Shown piece by piece: positions 56,412-64,000 of a stretch of DNA of 64,000 nt. Position numbers and translations under genes: made by a program. Location of the stretch: NCBI GenBank assembly GCA_041654095.1, contig JBAZED010000003.1, forward strand, positions 4,089 to 68,088, in the 5' to 3' direction. The DNA comes from Bacilli bacterium. Lineage in GTDB: Bacteria; Bacillota_I; Bacilli_A; RFN20; CAG-826. The number at the start of each line of letters is the position of its first letter. The first letter of the stretch is position 1. The notes under the pieces are model-generated. The model was not told where the DNA came from. It searched no databases and was given only the letters and a program-made list of their open reading frames with translations.

Positions 56412-57665
56412 TCAGCTGATGATATCTTCGATTTTGCGCTGACCTTGGCGGCCGGGCTTGAAGGCAATTTCGCCTTTTTTGATGGCGCCCACCGGACAGA
56501 CGTGGTAGCAGAGCAAGCAGCCCACGCATTTGTCTTTATTGACCGAAGGCAAGCGCTTTTTCTCGTCCCACTCAATCGCTTGGTGCGCGCCATCATAACA
56601 CGAGATGTAGCAGCGGCCGCACTTGATGCATTCCTCTTCGACGATTTGGGGATAGATCTTATAATCGCGGTCCAATTCTTCGGCCGGAATCAAGTTGCCA
56701 TTGGCAAGGCCGACCAATTCGCTGAGGCTGTCGACCCTTTGCTCATCCATATAATGCATGAGCCCGTTGCGAAGATCGTCGATGATGCGATAACCATATT
56801 GCATGATGGCCGTCGTGACTTGGAGAGTGGACGCGCCGACTAAAATAAACTCGACCGCGTCTTCCCACGTCTCGATGCCGCCAATTCCTGAAACGGCGAC
56901 GTTTTTAAGGCGCGAATCAGCACGCATCTGCTGGATGAAGCGCAAGGCTATCGGTTTGACGGCTTTTCCGGAATAGCCGGAGATCGAGGATTTGCCATTG
57001 ATAATCGGCAACCCGATTTTTTTGTCTAAGTCAATATTGCATATTGATTTAAGGGTATTGATCGCGGCGATGCCGTCAGCTCCGCCTTCGAGGCAAGCGG
57101 CAGCCACCGGAATCATATCCGTGATGTTCGGGGTCATTTTGGCGAGGACGGGCAATTTGCTGCCGCGCTTGACGGCTTGGCAGTATCGACGGCAGAGGTC
57201 GGGATTTGTCCCGACGTCGCTTCCCATCGCGTGCGAAGTCATCTGCGGGCATGACAAATTCATTTCCAGCATATCGGCGCCGGCCTCTTCGGCGAGGCGC
57301 GCCAACTCTTCCCATTCCTTATCGTTTGAGCCCATAATGGAGGCGATCAAAACTTGATAGGGGAATTCTTTTTTCAAACGGCGGATATCGGCGAGGTTTT
57401 GATCGAGGGGATGCTCGGCAATTTGCTCCATGTTTTTAAAACCGATAAACGGCGTGTTTTCCTTGTTTAGCTTATCGAATCGAGGCGATACTTCGTCTAC
57501 GACGAAATTATAGTAACCCATCGTCTTGAAAACGACGCCGCCCCAGCCGGCGCCATAAGCTTTTTTACACATATCATAGCAGTTGCCGACCGGTGAAGAA
57601 GATAAGCAAAAGGGATTCGGAAAACGGACACCTAAAAAATTGATCGACAAATCTTTCTTAATCAT
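56412..57665 (-). CDS. preA: dihydropyrimidine dehydrogenase subunit PreA (DHOD-like FMN domain plus 2x[4Fe-4S])
   Basis: The start is set at the ATG at 57663-57665 ([25 protein letters not shown], which matches the E. coli PreA N-terminus) with a GGAGG RBS. C-terminal [11 protein letters not shown] and [12 protein letters not shown]. Confidence 0.85.
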   Translation of the reverse strand: MIKKDLSINFLGVRFPNPFCLSSSPVGNCYDMCKKAYGAGWGGVVFKTMGYYNFVVDEVSPRFDKLNKENTPFIGFKNMEQIAEHPLDQNLADIRRLKKEFPYQVLIASIMGSNDKEWEELARLAEEAGADMLEMNLSCPQMTSHAMGSDVGTNPDLCRRYCQAVKRGSKLPVLAKMTPNITDMIPVAAACLEGGADGIAAINTLKSICNIDLDKKIGLPIINGKSSISGYSGKAVKPIALRFIQQMRADSRLKNVAVSGIGGIETWEDAVEFILVGASTLQVTTAIMQYGYRIIDDLRNGLMHYMDEQRVDSLSELVGLANGNLIPAEELDRDYKIYPQIVEEECIKCGRCYISCYDGAHQAIEWDEKKRLPSVNKDKCVGCLLCYHVCPVGAIKKGEIAFKPGRQGQRKIEDIIS

Positions 57666-57666
57666 T

Positions 57667-58896
57667 TCATCTACCTCCGAGGCGAGAGTGGATAAGCGAA
57701 GCGACATCTTTTCCGGTTCTGACCGCCGCAACTACCGTTTTATCGAGGTGGGCGATATCGCCGGCCACATAGACTTTCGGATCATCGGTCACATAACCTT
57801 TGATATCCGATTCGCCATTGACGATGCGAAGACCTTCAAGCCCTTTGATATCCGGATATTGGCCGATGGCCATGATAATTTTGTCGGCCGTGATTTTCAA
57901 CTCGCCTGGGATGGTGCGGTGTTTGAAGGTGACGGTGGCACCGTCAACAGCCGTCGGAACATATCCATCTATGATGGAAATGCCCAATTTTTGAGCGTCG
58001 CGCAACTCTTTTTTGGAAGCGCGGAATTCGCAGAATTCTTCATAGACGACATCGGTGACATTTTTGACGCCGAGCATTTTCAGCGTCACGTCGACATCCA
58101 TGGCGACATCGCCTCCGCCGATGACTAAAATACTTTCGGGGAGTTCCACGTGCCCTTGATGATCTTTGACCCGCTTGAGGAAATCGATGGCGATTTCGAC
58201 ATGAGGATTATTTTTAAACGCCGGAATCATCTTTCCGTAGCTCGCGCCGACGGCGATGATGACCGCGTCGTTATCGTTCTTCAGCTGTTCCAAAGATTTA
58301 TCCTTTCCGACCATGCAATTGAGATGAATTGCGACTCCCAAATCCATTACGCGTTCAATTTCTTGATCGACGATGCGAGTCGGAAGGCGATATTCAGGAA
58401 TACCGTAGCGAAGGTATCCGCCAGCCTTGCTTTCCTTTTCATAAATGTTGACTACATAGCCTAAACGGGCCAGTGAGGCGGCGGCTTGCAGGGCGCCCGG
58501 ACCGCTGCCGACGATGGCGACTCTCTTGCCATTCGGCTTGCCTTTTTTAAGGATTTTCATGCCATTATTTACTTCGAAATCAGTGATGAAGCGCTGAATC
58601 CGACCGATATCGATCGGCACATCGATTCCCGAACGTGCACAGCCTTTTTGGCAATAGCGCTCGGTCGGACAAACGCGAGCGCAAGTCGAGCCTAGCGCAT
58701 TATTTTCCCGCACGACTTCCGCCGCACCTTTGAAGTTCCGAAAGCGAACGGCTCGAATAAAGCGGCCGGGATCAGTTCCGGCCGGGCAATCTTTCGAACA
58801 CGGAGCATCGAGGCAGAGAAGGCAGCGGCTCGCCTCTTCACAAACGGTCAAAGGGGTGAAAGCAGGTTCGAGTTCCGCCATGTATTTTTTACTCAT
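57667..58896 (-). CDS. preT: dihydropyrimidine dehydrogenase subunit PreT (GltD-like NAD(P)H/FAD subunit)
   Basis: N-terminal Fe-S Cys motifs ([25 protein letters not shown]), and two dinucleotide folds [14 protein letters not shown] and [12 protein letters not shown]. The stop lies 1 nt before the preA ATG. Confidence 0.85.
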   Translation of the reverse strand: MSKKYMAELEPAFTPLTVCEEASRCLLCLDAPCSKDCPAGTDPGRFIRAVRFRNFKGAAEVVRENNALGSTCARVCPTERYCQKGCARSGIDVPIDIGRIQRFITDFEVNNGMKILKKGKPNGKRVAIVGSGPGALQAAASLARLGYVVNIYEKESKAGGYLRYGIPEYRLPTRIVDQEIERVMDLGVAIHLNCMVGKDKSLEQLKNDNDAVIIAVGASYGKMIPAFKNNPHVEIAIDFLKRVKDHQGHVELPESILVIGGGDVAMDVDVTLKMLGVKNVTDVVYEEFCEFRASKKELRDAQKLGISIIDGYVPTAVDGATVTFKHRTIPGELKITADKIIMAIGQYPDIKGLEGLRIVNGESDIKGYVTDDPKVYVAGDIAHLDKTVVAAVRTGKDVASLIHSRLGGR

Positions 58897-58922
58897 AGAA
58901 TAACTCCTTATTATTTAGGTTA

Positions 58923-58931
58923 ATTGTAGCA
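58923..58931 (-). promoter_or_regulatory. extended -10 promoter candidate for preTA
   Basis: Minus strand TGCTACAAT. It lies about 25 nt upstream of the AAGGAG RBS of preT. The -35 is poor. Confidence 0.4.
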
Positions 58932-58963
58932 TTGACCGCGCATCAAAATAAAGGACGCCGTCA

Positions 58964-58995
58964 CAATAAAGAAAAACGGCCCTTGTGAGCCGTTT
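58964..58995 (-). terminator. rho-independent terminator after rplQ (end of the alpha operon)
   Basis: Minus strand AAACGGC-tcacaagg-GCCGTTT followed by TTCTTTATT. It lies 15 nt after the rplQ stop. The plus-strand reading also ends in a T-run. Confidence 0.75.
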
Positions 58996-59009
58996 GCTTT
59001 TTTAATGAA

Positions 59010-59414
59010 CTAGCGAACCCAGGTGACGAGGACGCACTTGGCGTTATCGCCGCGCCGATTATCGGCTTTGAGCGCTCTGGTGTAACCACCGTTGCGAGCC
59101 TTAAAAGCTGGGCCGAGATCATCAAACAATTTGTCGAGAGCGGTAACGCTATCCTTTTCGTTGATGATGACTTTGCGCAACACGCTGGCGGCTTGCCGTC
59201 TGGCGTGTAAATCCCCGCGTTTTGCAAGGGTAATCAAATGATCAGCGAGTTTTTTGAGTTCTTTTACAACTCCTGAAGTAACGACGATTTTCTCGTGAAT
59301 GACGAGTTCGGTGACGACGTTGCGGAGCATGTTGTTGCGCTTGCTAGCCGTATAGGCGGCTTTGAAGCGCACACCAGCTTTGCCATGTACGTTTTTACGA
59401 CCTTGTGCTGCCAT
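59010..59414 (-). CDS. rplQ: 50S ribosomal protein L17 (with ~15-aa N-terminal extension)
   Basis: LAKRGDLHARRQAASVL and NGGYTRALKADNRRGDNA match L17. Confidence 0.93.
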   Translation of the reverse strand: MAAQGRKNVHGKAGVRFKAAYTASKRNNMLRNVVTELVIHEKIVVTSGVVKELKKLADHLITLAKRGDLHARRQAASVLRKVIINEKDSVTALDKLFDDLGPAFKARNGGYTRALKADNRRGDNAKCVLVTWVR

Positions 59415-59422
59415 GTTGCCTC

Positions 59423-60397
59423 CTACTCCGCTACATAATCGCGGAAACTAAGACCCATCGCCTGCAGTTTATCTTTGATTTCTTTGAGCGATTTCTTTCC
59501 GAGATTGCGGACTTTCATCATTTCTTCTTCGCTTCTCTGCACTAGTTCGCGAATCGTCTGAATACCAGCTCTTTTCAAACAGTTGTAACTTCTGACCGAG
59601 AGGTCGAGTTCTTCGATGGCTTTATCGCCGAGATCATCGACGGGAGTCTCAATTTCTTCTTTGATGATGTTGATGTCGCGAGTCAGCTCTTGAAGTTTTA
59701 AAAATTCTTCAAAGTGGCCGATTAAAATGCGGCTCGATAAGGCGACGGCATCTTGCGGAGACATCGAACCGTTGGTCCATACTTCGAGGGTCAGCCGATC
59801 AAAGCTCGAATCGTGGCCGACGCGCGTCGGCTCGACGATATAGCTGGCTTTGGTAACCGGCGAATAATTGGAGTCGGTGGAGATGACGCCGACCGGTTGA
59901 TGGGAACGGCTGCTCTTGTTGCCTTCGCTGGTCACGTAACCGCGGCCGTTGCGGGCATACATCACCATCTTGAGATGGCCTTCTTCGGTGAGATGGGCGA
60001 GTTCGAGGTCCGGGTTGATGACCGAGACGAAAGCGGGAAGTTCGAGGTCGCCGGCTTTTAAAGTCTTAGGACCTTTCAAATCGACTTCGATGCGCTTTGG
60101 CTTTTCATCATCATCGTCAATCTTCAAGACTAAATCTTTAAGATTTAAGATAATGGCTGTCACGTCTTCTTCAAGGCCCGAAAGAGCCGAGAATTCATGG
60201 CGGGCGCCTTCGATTTCGACGGCGAAGACACTCGCTCCGGGAAGAGCACTTAAAAGGACTCTCCGCAAGGCGTTGCCGATAGTGAGACCGAATCCTCTCT
60301 CAAGAGGTTCGATGACGAACTTTCCATAGTTCGAGGTGCTATCGACGATAGCGGTTTTGAACGTCATTTTTTCGAATGGACGTGGTAACTTTGACAT
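59423..60397 (-). CDS. rpoA: DNA-directed RNA polymerase subunit alpha
   Basis: FVIEPLERGFGLTIGNALRRVLLS and the C-terminal domain IEELDLSVRSYNCLKRAGIQTIRELV. Confidence 0.97.
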   Translation of the reverse strand: MSKLPRPFEKMTFKTAIVDSTSNYGKFVIEPLERGFGLTIGNALRRVLLSALPGASVFAVEIEGARHEFSALSGLEEDVTAIILNLKDLVLKIDDDDEKPKRIEVDLKGPKTLKAGDLELPAFVSVINPDLELAHLTEEGHLKMVMYARNGRGYVTSEGNKSSRSHQPVGVISTDSNYSPVTKASYIVEPTRVGHDSSFDRLTLEVWTNGSMSPQDAVALSSRILIGHFEEFLKLQELTRDINIIKEEIETPVDDLGDKAIEELDLSVRSYNCLKRAGIQTIRELVQRSEEEMMKVRNLGKKSLKEIKDKLQAMGLSFRDYVAE

Positions 60398-60415
60398 AGT
60401 GACTATCTCCTTTCA

Positions 60416-60811
60416 CTAACCGCGCGGACGCTTCGGCGGCCGGCATCCATTGTGCGGAATCGGGGTCGTATCGGTAATCGTCTGAATGACTAAACCAGCG
60501 GCGGCGAGAGAGCGGATGGCTGACTCGCGACCCGGTCCTGGACCTTTGACGTTGACGTCGACGGTTCTCAAACCCTGATCAAAGGCGATTTTGGCGGCGG
60601 CTTCGCCCGCTAGTCCAGCGGCGAAGGGCGTCGATTTTTTAGCGCCTTTGAAACCGAGGGCTCCGGCGCTGCTCCAAGCGATCGCATTACCGGTTTCGTC
60701 GGTGATGGTGACGATCGTGTTGTTAAAAGTTGAGTGGACGTGGGCTACGCCCTTCGTAAACGCTCTTTTAATCTTTTTCTTGCGTGTGGTTGTTTTTTTA
60801 GCTTTTGCCAT
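60416..60811 (-). CDS. rpsK: 30S ribosomal protein S11
   Basis: [30 protein letters not shown]...[18 protein letters not shown]. Confidence 0.97.
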   Translation of the reverse strand: MAKAKKTTTRKKKIKRAFTKGVAHVHSTFNNTIVTITDETGNAIAWSSAGALGFKGAKKSTPFAAGLAGEAAAKIAFDQGLRTVDVNVKGPGPGRESAIRSLAAAGLVIQTITDTTPIPHNGCRPPKRPRG

Positions 60812-60824
60812 TTTTCATGCCCTC

Positions 60825-61202
60825 CTATTGCTTGGCGGCCACTTTCTTGTTGGCGATGGTCTTTCTCTTACCCTTGCGAGTGCGAGCGTTGGTCCGCGTT
60901 CTCTGACCGCGAACGGGCAAACCTTTGCGGTGACGGATGCCGCGATAGCAACCGATTTCCGTCAATCTCTTGATGTTCAATGCGACTTCGCGGCGCAGAT
61001 CGCCTTCGACGCGGTTCTTAGCGACTTCCGCGCGGATAGCGGTCAGCTGTTCTTCGCTTAAATTCTTAACGCGAATATCTTCGTTGACGTTGCTCGCCGC
61101 TAATATCTTTTTACTTTTCGACTGGCCGATACCAAAAATATAGGTAAGGGCGATGACGACTCTTTTTTCGTTTGGTATGTCTACTCCGACAATACGTGCC
61201 AT
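60825..61202 (-). CDS. rpsM: 30S ribosomal protein S13
   Basis: [26 protein letters not shown]...[23 protein letters not shown]. Confidence 0.97.
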   Translation of the reverse strand: MARIVGVDIPNEKRVVIALTYIFGIGQSKSKKILAASNVNEDIRVKNLSEEQLTAIRAEVAKNRVEGDLRREVALNIKRLTEIGCYRGIRHRKGLPVRGQRTRTNARTRKGKRKTIANKKVAAKQ

Positions 61203-61220
61203 AAAATTACTACTCCTTTT

Positions 61221-61334
61221 TTAACCTTGTCTCTGCTTGTGCTTAGGATTCTCGCAGATGACCATGACTTTGCCTTTGCGCTTGATCACTTTGCACTTAT
61301 CACAGATCGGTTTGACTGAAGGTGCTACTTTCAT
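61221..61334 (-). CDS. rpmJ: 50S ribosomal protein L36
   Basis: Absent from the ORF track (37 aa). Hand translation gives [37 protein letters not shown]. Confidence 0.92.
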   Translation of the reverse strand: MKVAPSVKPICDKCKVIKRKGKVMVICENPKHKQRQG

Positions 61335-61348
61335 AAATGTTCCTCCAT

Positions 61349-61597
61349 TTATTTCTTCGTATAAGACGAAGAGCTTGGGTTTTTGTATCTAAAGGTGATA
61401 CGGCCCCGCGTTAGATCGTAGGGCGAGATCTCGACCGTGACGACATCGCCCGGCAGGATGCGGATGTAATGCATGCGAATTTTGCCGGACACATGGGCGA
61501 GAAGCATGACGCCGTTTTCAAGTTTGACTTTGAATTGGGCGTTGGGCAAGGCTTCGACGACAGTTGCCTCGACTTCGATAACATCGGTTTTAGCCAA
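61349..61597 (-). CDS. infA: translation initiation factor IF-1 (short Ser-rich C-terminal tail)
   Basis: [72 protein letters not shown]. Confidence 0.96.
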   Translation of the reverse strand: MAKTDVIEVEATVVEALPNAQFKVKLENGVMLLAHVSGKIRMHYIRILPGDVVTVEISPYDLTRGRITFRYKNPSSSSYTKK

Positions 61598-62363
61598 TTT
61601 CGTTTCCTCCTTGTTTGAGCATGGTCAGTATTTCGCAACCGGTGCTCGTGACGACGACTGTGTTTTCATAATGGCTGCATAAGCGGCCATCTTTCATTTT
61701 GACGGTCCAACCATCGTTCAAGACGACGACCTCAGGACGACCCTGGGCGACCATCGGTTCGATGGCGAGGCACATTCCTTCTTTCAATACTGGCCCCGTA
61801 TTGGGCTCGCCAGTATTTGGAATATAGGGGTCTTCGTGCAGTTGTTGACCAATGCCGTGACCTGTATATTCCCGAGGAAGAGAATAACCGTTATCCTCGT
61901 TGTGCTTTTGAATCGCATGAGAGATGTCTCCAAGATGGATACCAGGTTTAATTAAGGCTATTGCCTTAAAGAAACTTTCCTCTGTCACGCGAAGCAAGCG
62001 GGCAGCTTCCGCATTGACTCTGCCGACCGGATAGGTCCGAGTGGCGTCGCCACAATAACCTCTTAAGGTCGCTCCCACATCACAAGAGACGATATCGCCT
62101 TCCTTAAGAATGTGATGCTTGTCGGGAATACCGTGCACCAGCGTGTCGTTGACGCTGACGCAGATGGCGCCCTTAAATCCGTTATATCCCAGGAAGGTGG
62201 GAGTGGCGTGATGACTGCGAATGACTTTTTCGGCTTCGTCGGCGAGCAGTTGCGTGCTGAGGCCAGGGCGGATGATCGCTTCCAGCCTTTCAAAGACTTT
62301 AGCGACGACTTGACCAGCTTCGCGCATGAGCACAATTTCGCGCGGCGACTTGACGATGATCAT
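61590..62363 (-). CDS. map: methionine aminopeptidase type I
   Basis: [20 protein letters not shown].... Metal ligands appear in the contexts [23 protein letters not shown] and LAIEPM. Confidence 0.95.
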   Translation of the reverse strand: MIIVKSPREIVLMREAGQVVAKVFERLEAIIRPGLSTQLLADEAEKVIRSHHATPTFLGYNGFKGAICVSVNDTLVHGIPDKHHILKEGDIVSCDVGATLRGYCGDATRTYPVGRVNAEAARLLRVTEESFFKAIALIKPGIHLGDISHAIQKHNEDNGYSLPREYTGHGIGQQLHEDPYIPNTGEPNTGPVLKEGMCLAIEPMVAQGRPEVVVLNDGWTVKMKDGRLCSHYENTVVVTSTGCEILTMLKQGGNEIG

Positions 62364-63013
62364 CTAGTCTTCGCCTCGATGAGCGAGATGATTTCGTTGA
62401 GCAAGACGTTGAGATCTTTAGTTCCGTCGAAGGAATAGAGAAGTCCGCGGGCTCGATAGAAATCGAGAAGGGGTTTAGTCTGCACATAGTAGTGTCCGAG
62501 GCGAACCTTGAGGGCTTCCTCGTTATCGTCGAGCCTTTGAATCAGAGGACCGCCGCACACATCGCACACACCATCGACTTTCGGCTTCATCGTGTCGACG
62601 TGATAAGGGGTTCCACACACTTTGCACACGCGTCGTCCACATATGCGGCGAATGAGCTCCTTTTCATCAGCGTCGATATTGGCCACGATTTCAATTTCGC
62701 GACCGATTTCCTTGGTCAGCGCTTCCAGAGCCTCAGCTTGGGGAATCGTGCGCGGGAAACCATCGAGAAGATAGCCTTTTTGACAATCCGGTTTCGCGAG
62801 TCGCTCTCTGACGATTCCGATTGTCACGTCGTCCGGGACTAAGTGCCCGGCTTCTATATACTGCTTGGCGAGTAGGCCGAGCGGCGTGCCCTGCTTAATC
62901 GCTTCGCGAAACATATCTCCGGTGGAAATATGAGGTATATCGTATTTGGCAATCAAGCGTTTCGCTTGCGTGCCTTTGCCCGCTCCTGGCGGACCCATTA
63001 AGATAAGATTCAC
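62360..63013 (-). CDS. adk: adenylate kinase (zinc-lid type)
   Basis: P-loop GPPGAGKGTQA and lid CxxC...CDVCG (CKVCGTPYH...CDVCGGPL). Confidence 0.96.
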   Translation of the reverse strand: MNLILMGPPGAGKGTQAKRLIAKYDIPHISTGDMFREAIKQGTPLGLLAKQYIEAGHLVPDDVTIGIVRERLAKPDCQKGYLLDGFPRTIPQAEALEALTKEIGREIEIVANIDADEKELIRRICGRRVCKVCGTPYHVDTMKPKVDGVCDVCGGPLIQRLDDNEEALKVRLGHYYVQTKPLLDFYRARGLLYSFDGTKDLNVLLNEIISLIEAKTR

Positions 63014-64000
63014 CAGCGCCGTGCTCCTTGTGAGGCATCTTCAAAGCTCTTGCCAGCCAGAAGGCCATCGATCTGGTTATTGATTTCGATCGCCACGCCA
63101 GCCACGATGATCAACCCGGTGCCACCGATGGCGAGGCTTGAACTCTCACCAAAGATGCCACTCAGCGTCAAAACGACGGGTAAAGCGGCGATAAAAGATA
63201 GGGCAATCGCACCCATGACCGTGACGCGGTTGACAATTTTTTTGACATAGCGCTCGGTCTCAAGACCGGGGCGAATGCCGGGGATGTAACTTCCGTTTTT
63301 ACGGAAGTTGTCGGCCAGGGTTTCGGGGGCGATCTGCATGTTGGCGTAGAAGAAGCAGAAGACGACGATTAGGAAAAGGTAGAGGATAAGTCCCCACGGC
63401 ATGCCCCACGTCGTATCGTTAGCGCCTGGCATCTGGGTCATCTCGCTATATGAGAAAATCTTGAGCCATTCAGCATCGGTGCTCGAACTGACGAAGCTCG
63501 CGATGACGGATGGAGCCATCAAGATTGAACTGGCGAAAATGACGGGGATAACACCTGACGAATTGAGCTTGATCGGCAAGAACGAAGCTTTGGCCATCGC
63601 TTGGCTCTGACCGCCGCTCTTCCCTGAATGCTGGACGGGAATCTTGCGCTTGGAGAGCTCGATGAAGACGACGAAGGCGATGATCAGCACGAAGGCTAAG
63701 ATATAAATCCCAAATTGGAAAGAACCTTTGATCAATTCGTTCGTGCCATGGCCGAGATTCTGCTCGATCCACTTGCGATAAGCGGTCGCGATCTGAATCG
63801 GGAGGTTGCGGACGATACCGGCAAAGATGATGACGGAAATACCATTGCCTAAGCCTTTGGAGGTGATCTGGTCGCCGAGCCACATCGTCAGCATCGCTCC
63901 AGCGAGGATGATGGTGACAATATAGGCATAGGACCAAAAGTTCAATTCCATGTTGAGGGTGATATACGAGCTGTTCTCCATCGTCTTGATGATTCCGTAA
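63010..64000 (-). CDS. secY: preprotein translocase subunit SecY, C-terminal ~330 aa (the 5' end lies beyond the window end)
   Basis: MWLGDQITSKGLGNGISVIIFAGIV and IPGIRPGLETERY. The reading frame stays open to position 64000, upstream of the Met chosen in the track. Confidence 0.93.
   Translation of the reverse strand, partial: YGIIKTMENSSYITLNMELNFWSYAYIVTIILAGAMLTMWLGDQITSKGLGNGISVIIFAGIVRNLPIQIATAYRKWIEQNLGHGTNELIKGSFQFGIYILAFVLIIAFVVFIELSKRKIPVQHSGKSGGQSQAMAKASFLPIKLNSSGVIPVIFASSILMAPSVIASFVSSSTDAEWLKIFSYSEMTQMPGANDTTWGMPWGLILYLFLIVVFCFFYANMQIAPETLADNFRKNGSYIPGIRPGLETERYVKKIVNRVTVMGAIALSFIAALPVVLTLSGIFGESSSLAIGGTGLIIVAGVAIEINNQIDGLLAGKSFEDASQGARRW

Noticed and set aside
56273-56596. 107-aa minus-strand ORF spanning the preA 3' end and the hyd promoter region
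   Set aside because: It is an alternative frame across a terminator and a promoter, with basic low-complexity sequence. Spurious.
57667-57731. Apparent 65-nt overlap between preT and preA
   Set aside because: It is resolved by starting preA at the ATG at 57663-57665 ([10 protein letters not shown]..., which matches the E. coli PreA N-terminus). That leaves a 1-nt gap and a GGAGG RBS.

Overview
This 64-kb chromosomal segment comes from a Bacillota-type genome. It uses the standard genetic code: TGA serves as a stop and TGG encodes Trp. Gene order is Bacillus-like, with several Mollicutes-like traits. These include many lipoproteins, a long Lgt, trxB close to whiA, and a staphylococcal-nuclease lipoprotein linked to an ABC importer whose ATPase carries a large insertion. 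All 56 protein genes and tRNA-Lys are on the minus strand; only tRNA-Pro is on the plus strand. In transcription order (high to low coordinates) the window holds: secY-adk-map-infA-rpmJ-rpsM-rpsK-rpoA-rplQ; preT-preA (dihydropyrimidine dehydrogenase); hydC-hydB-hydA (NuoE/NuoF-type trimeric [FeFe] hydrogenase); a HAD phosphatase; cysS-mgtC-rlmB and a sigH-position sigma factor; rpmG-secE-nusG; a Zn/Cd-type P1B ATPase; rplK-rplA-rplJ-rplL-rpoB-rpoC; three tandem M6 (InhA-like) metalloprotease lipoproteins; rpsL-rpsG-fusA-tuf; two RDD-family membrane proteins; a 7-gene CUT1-type ABC importer operon ending in a nuclease lipoprotein and a Big_2/OB-like lipoprotein; a zinc-ribbon membrane protein; tRNA-Lys; an orphan Rex-N-like DNA-binding protein; PFOR; tRNA-Pro; uvrA-lgt-ppaX-trxB; rapZ-whiA-XRE; and a partial gap. 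I saw no CRISPR array, transposase, integrase or prophage signal. Several ORF-track starts were corrected, and three genes absent from the track (gap, rpmG, rpmJ) were added by hand translation. The best candidates for new biology are: (1) the nuclease-linked ABC importer module; (2) the M6 lipoprotein trio wedged between rpoC and rpsL behind a consensus promoter; (3) a TSCSP variant of the HydA H-cluster L1 motif; and (4) the divergent sigH-position sigma factor and the Rex-N-like orphan regulator. All functional calls rest on motif recognition by eye; no searches were run.
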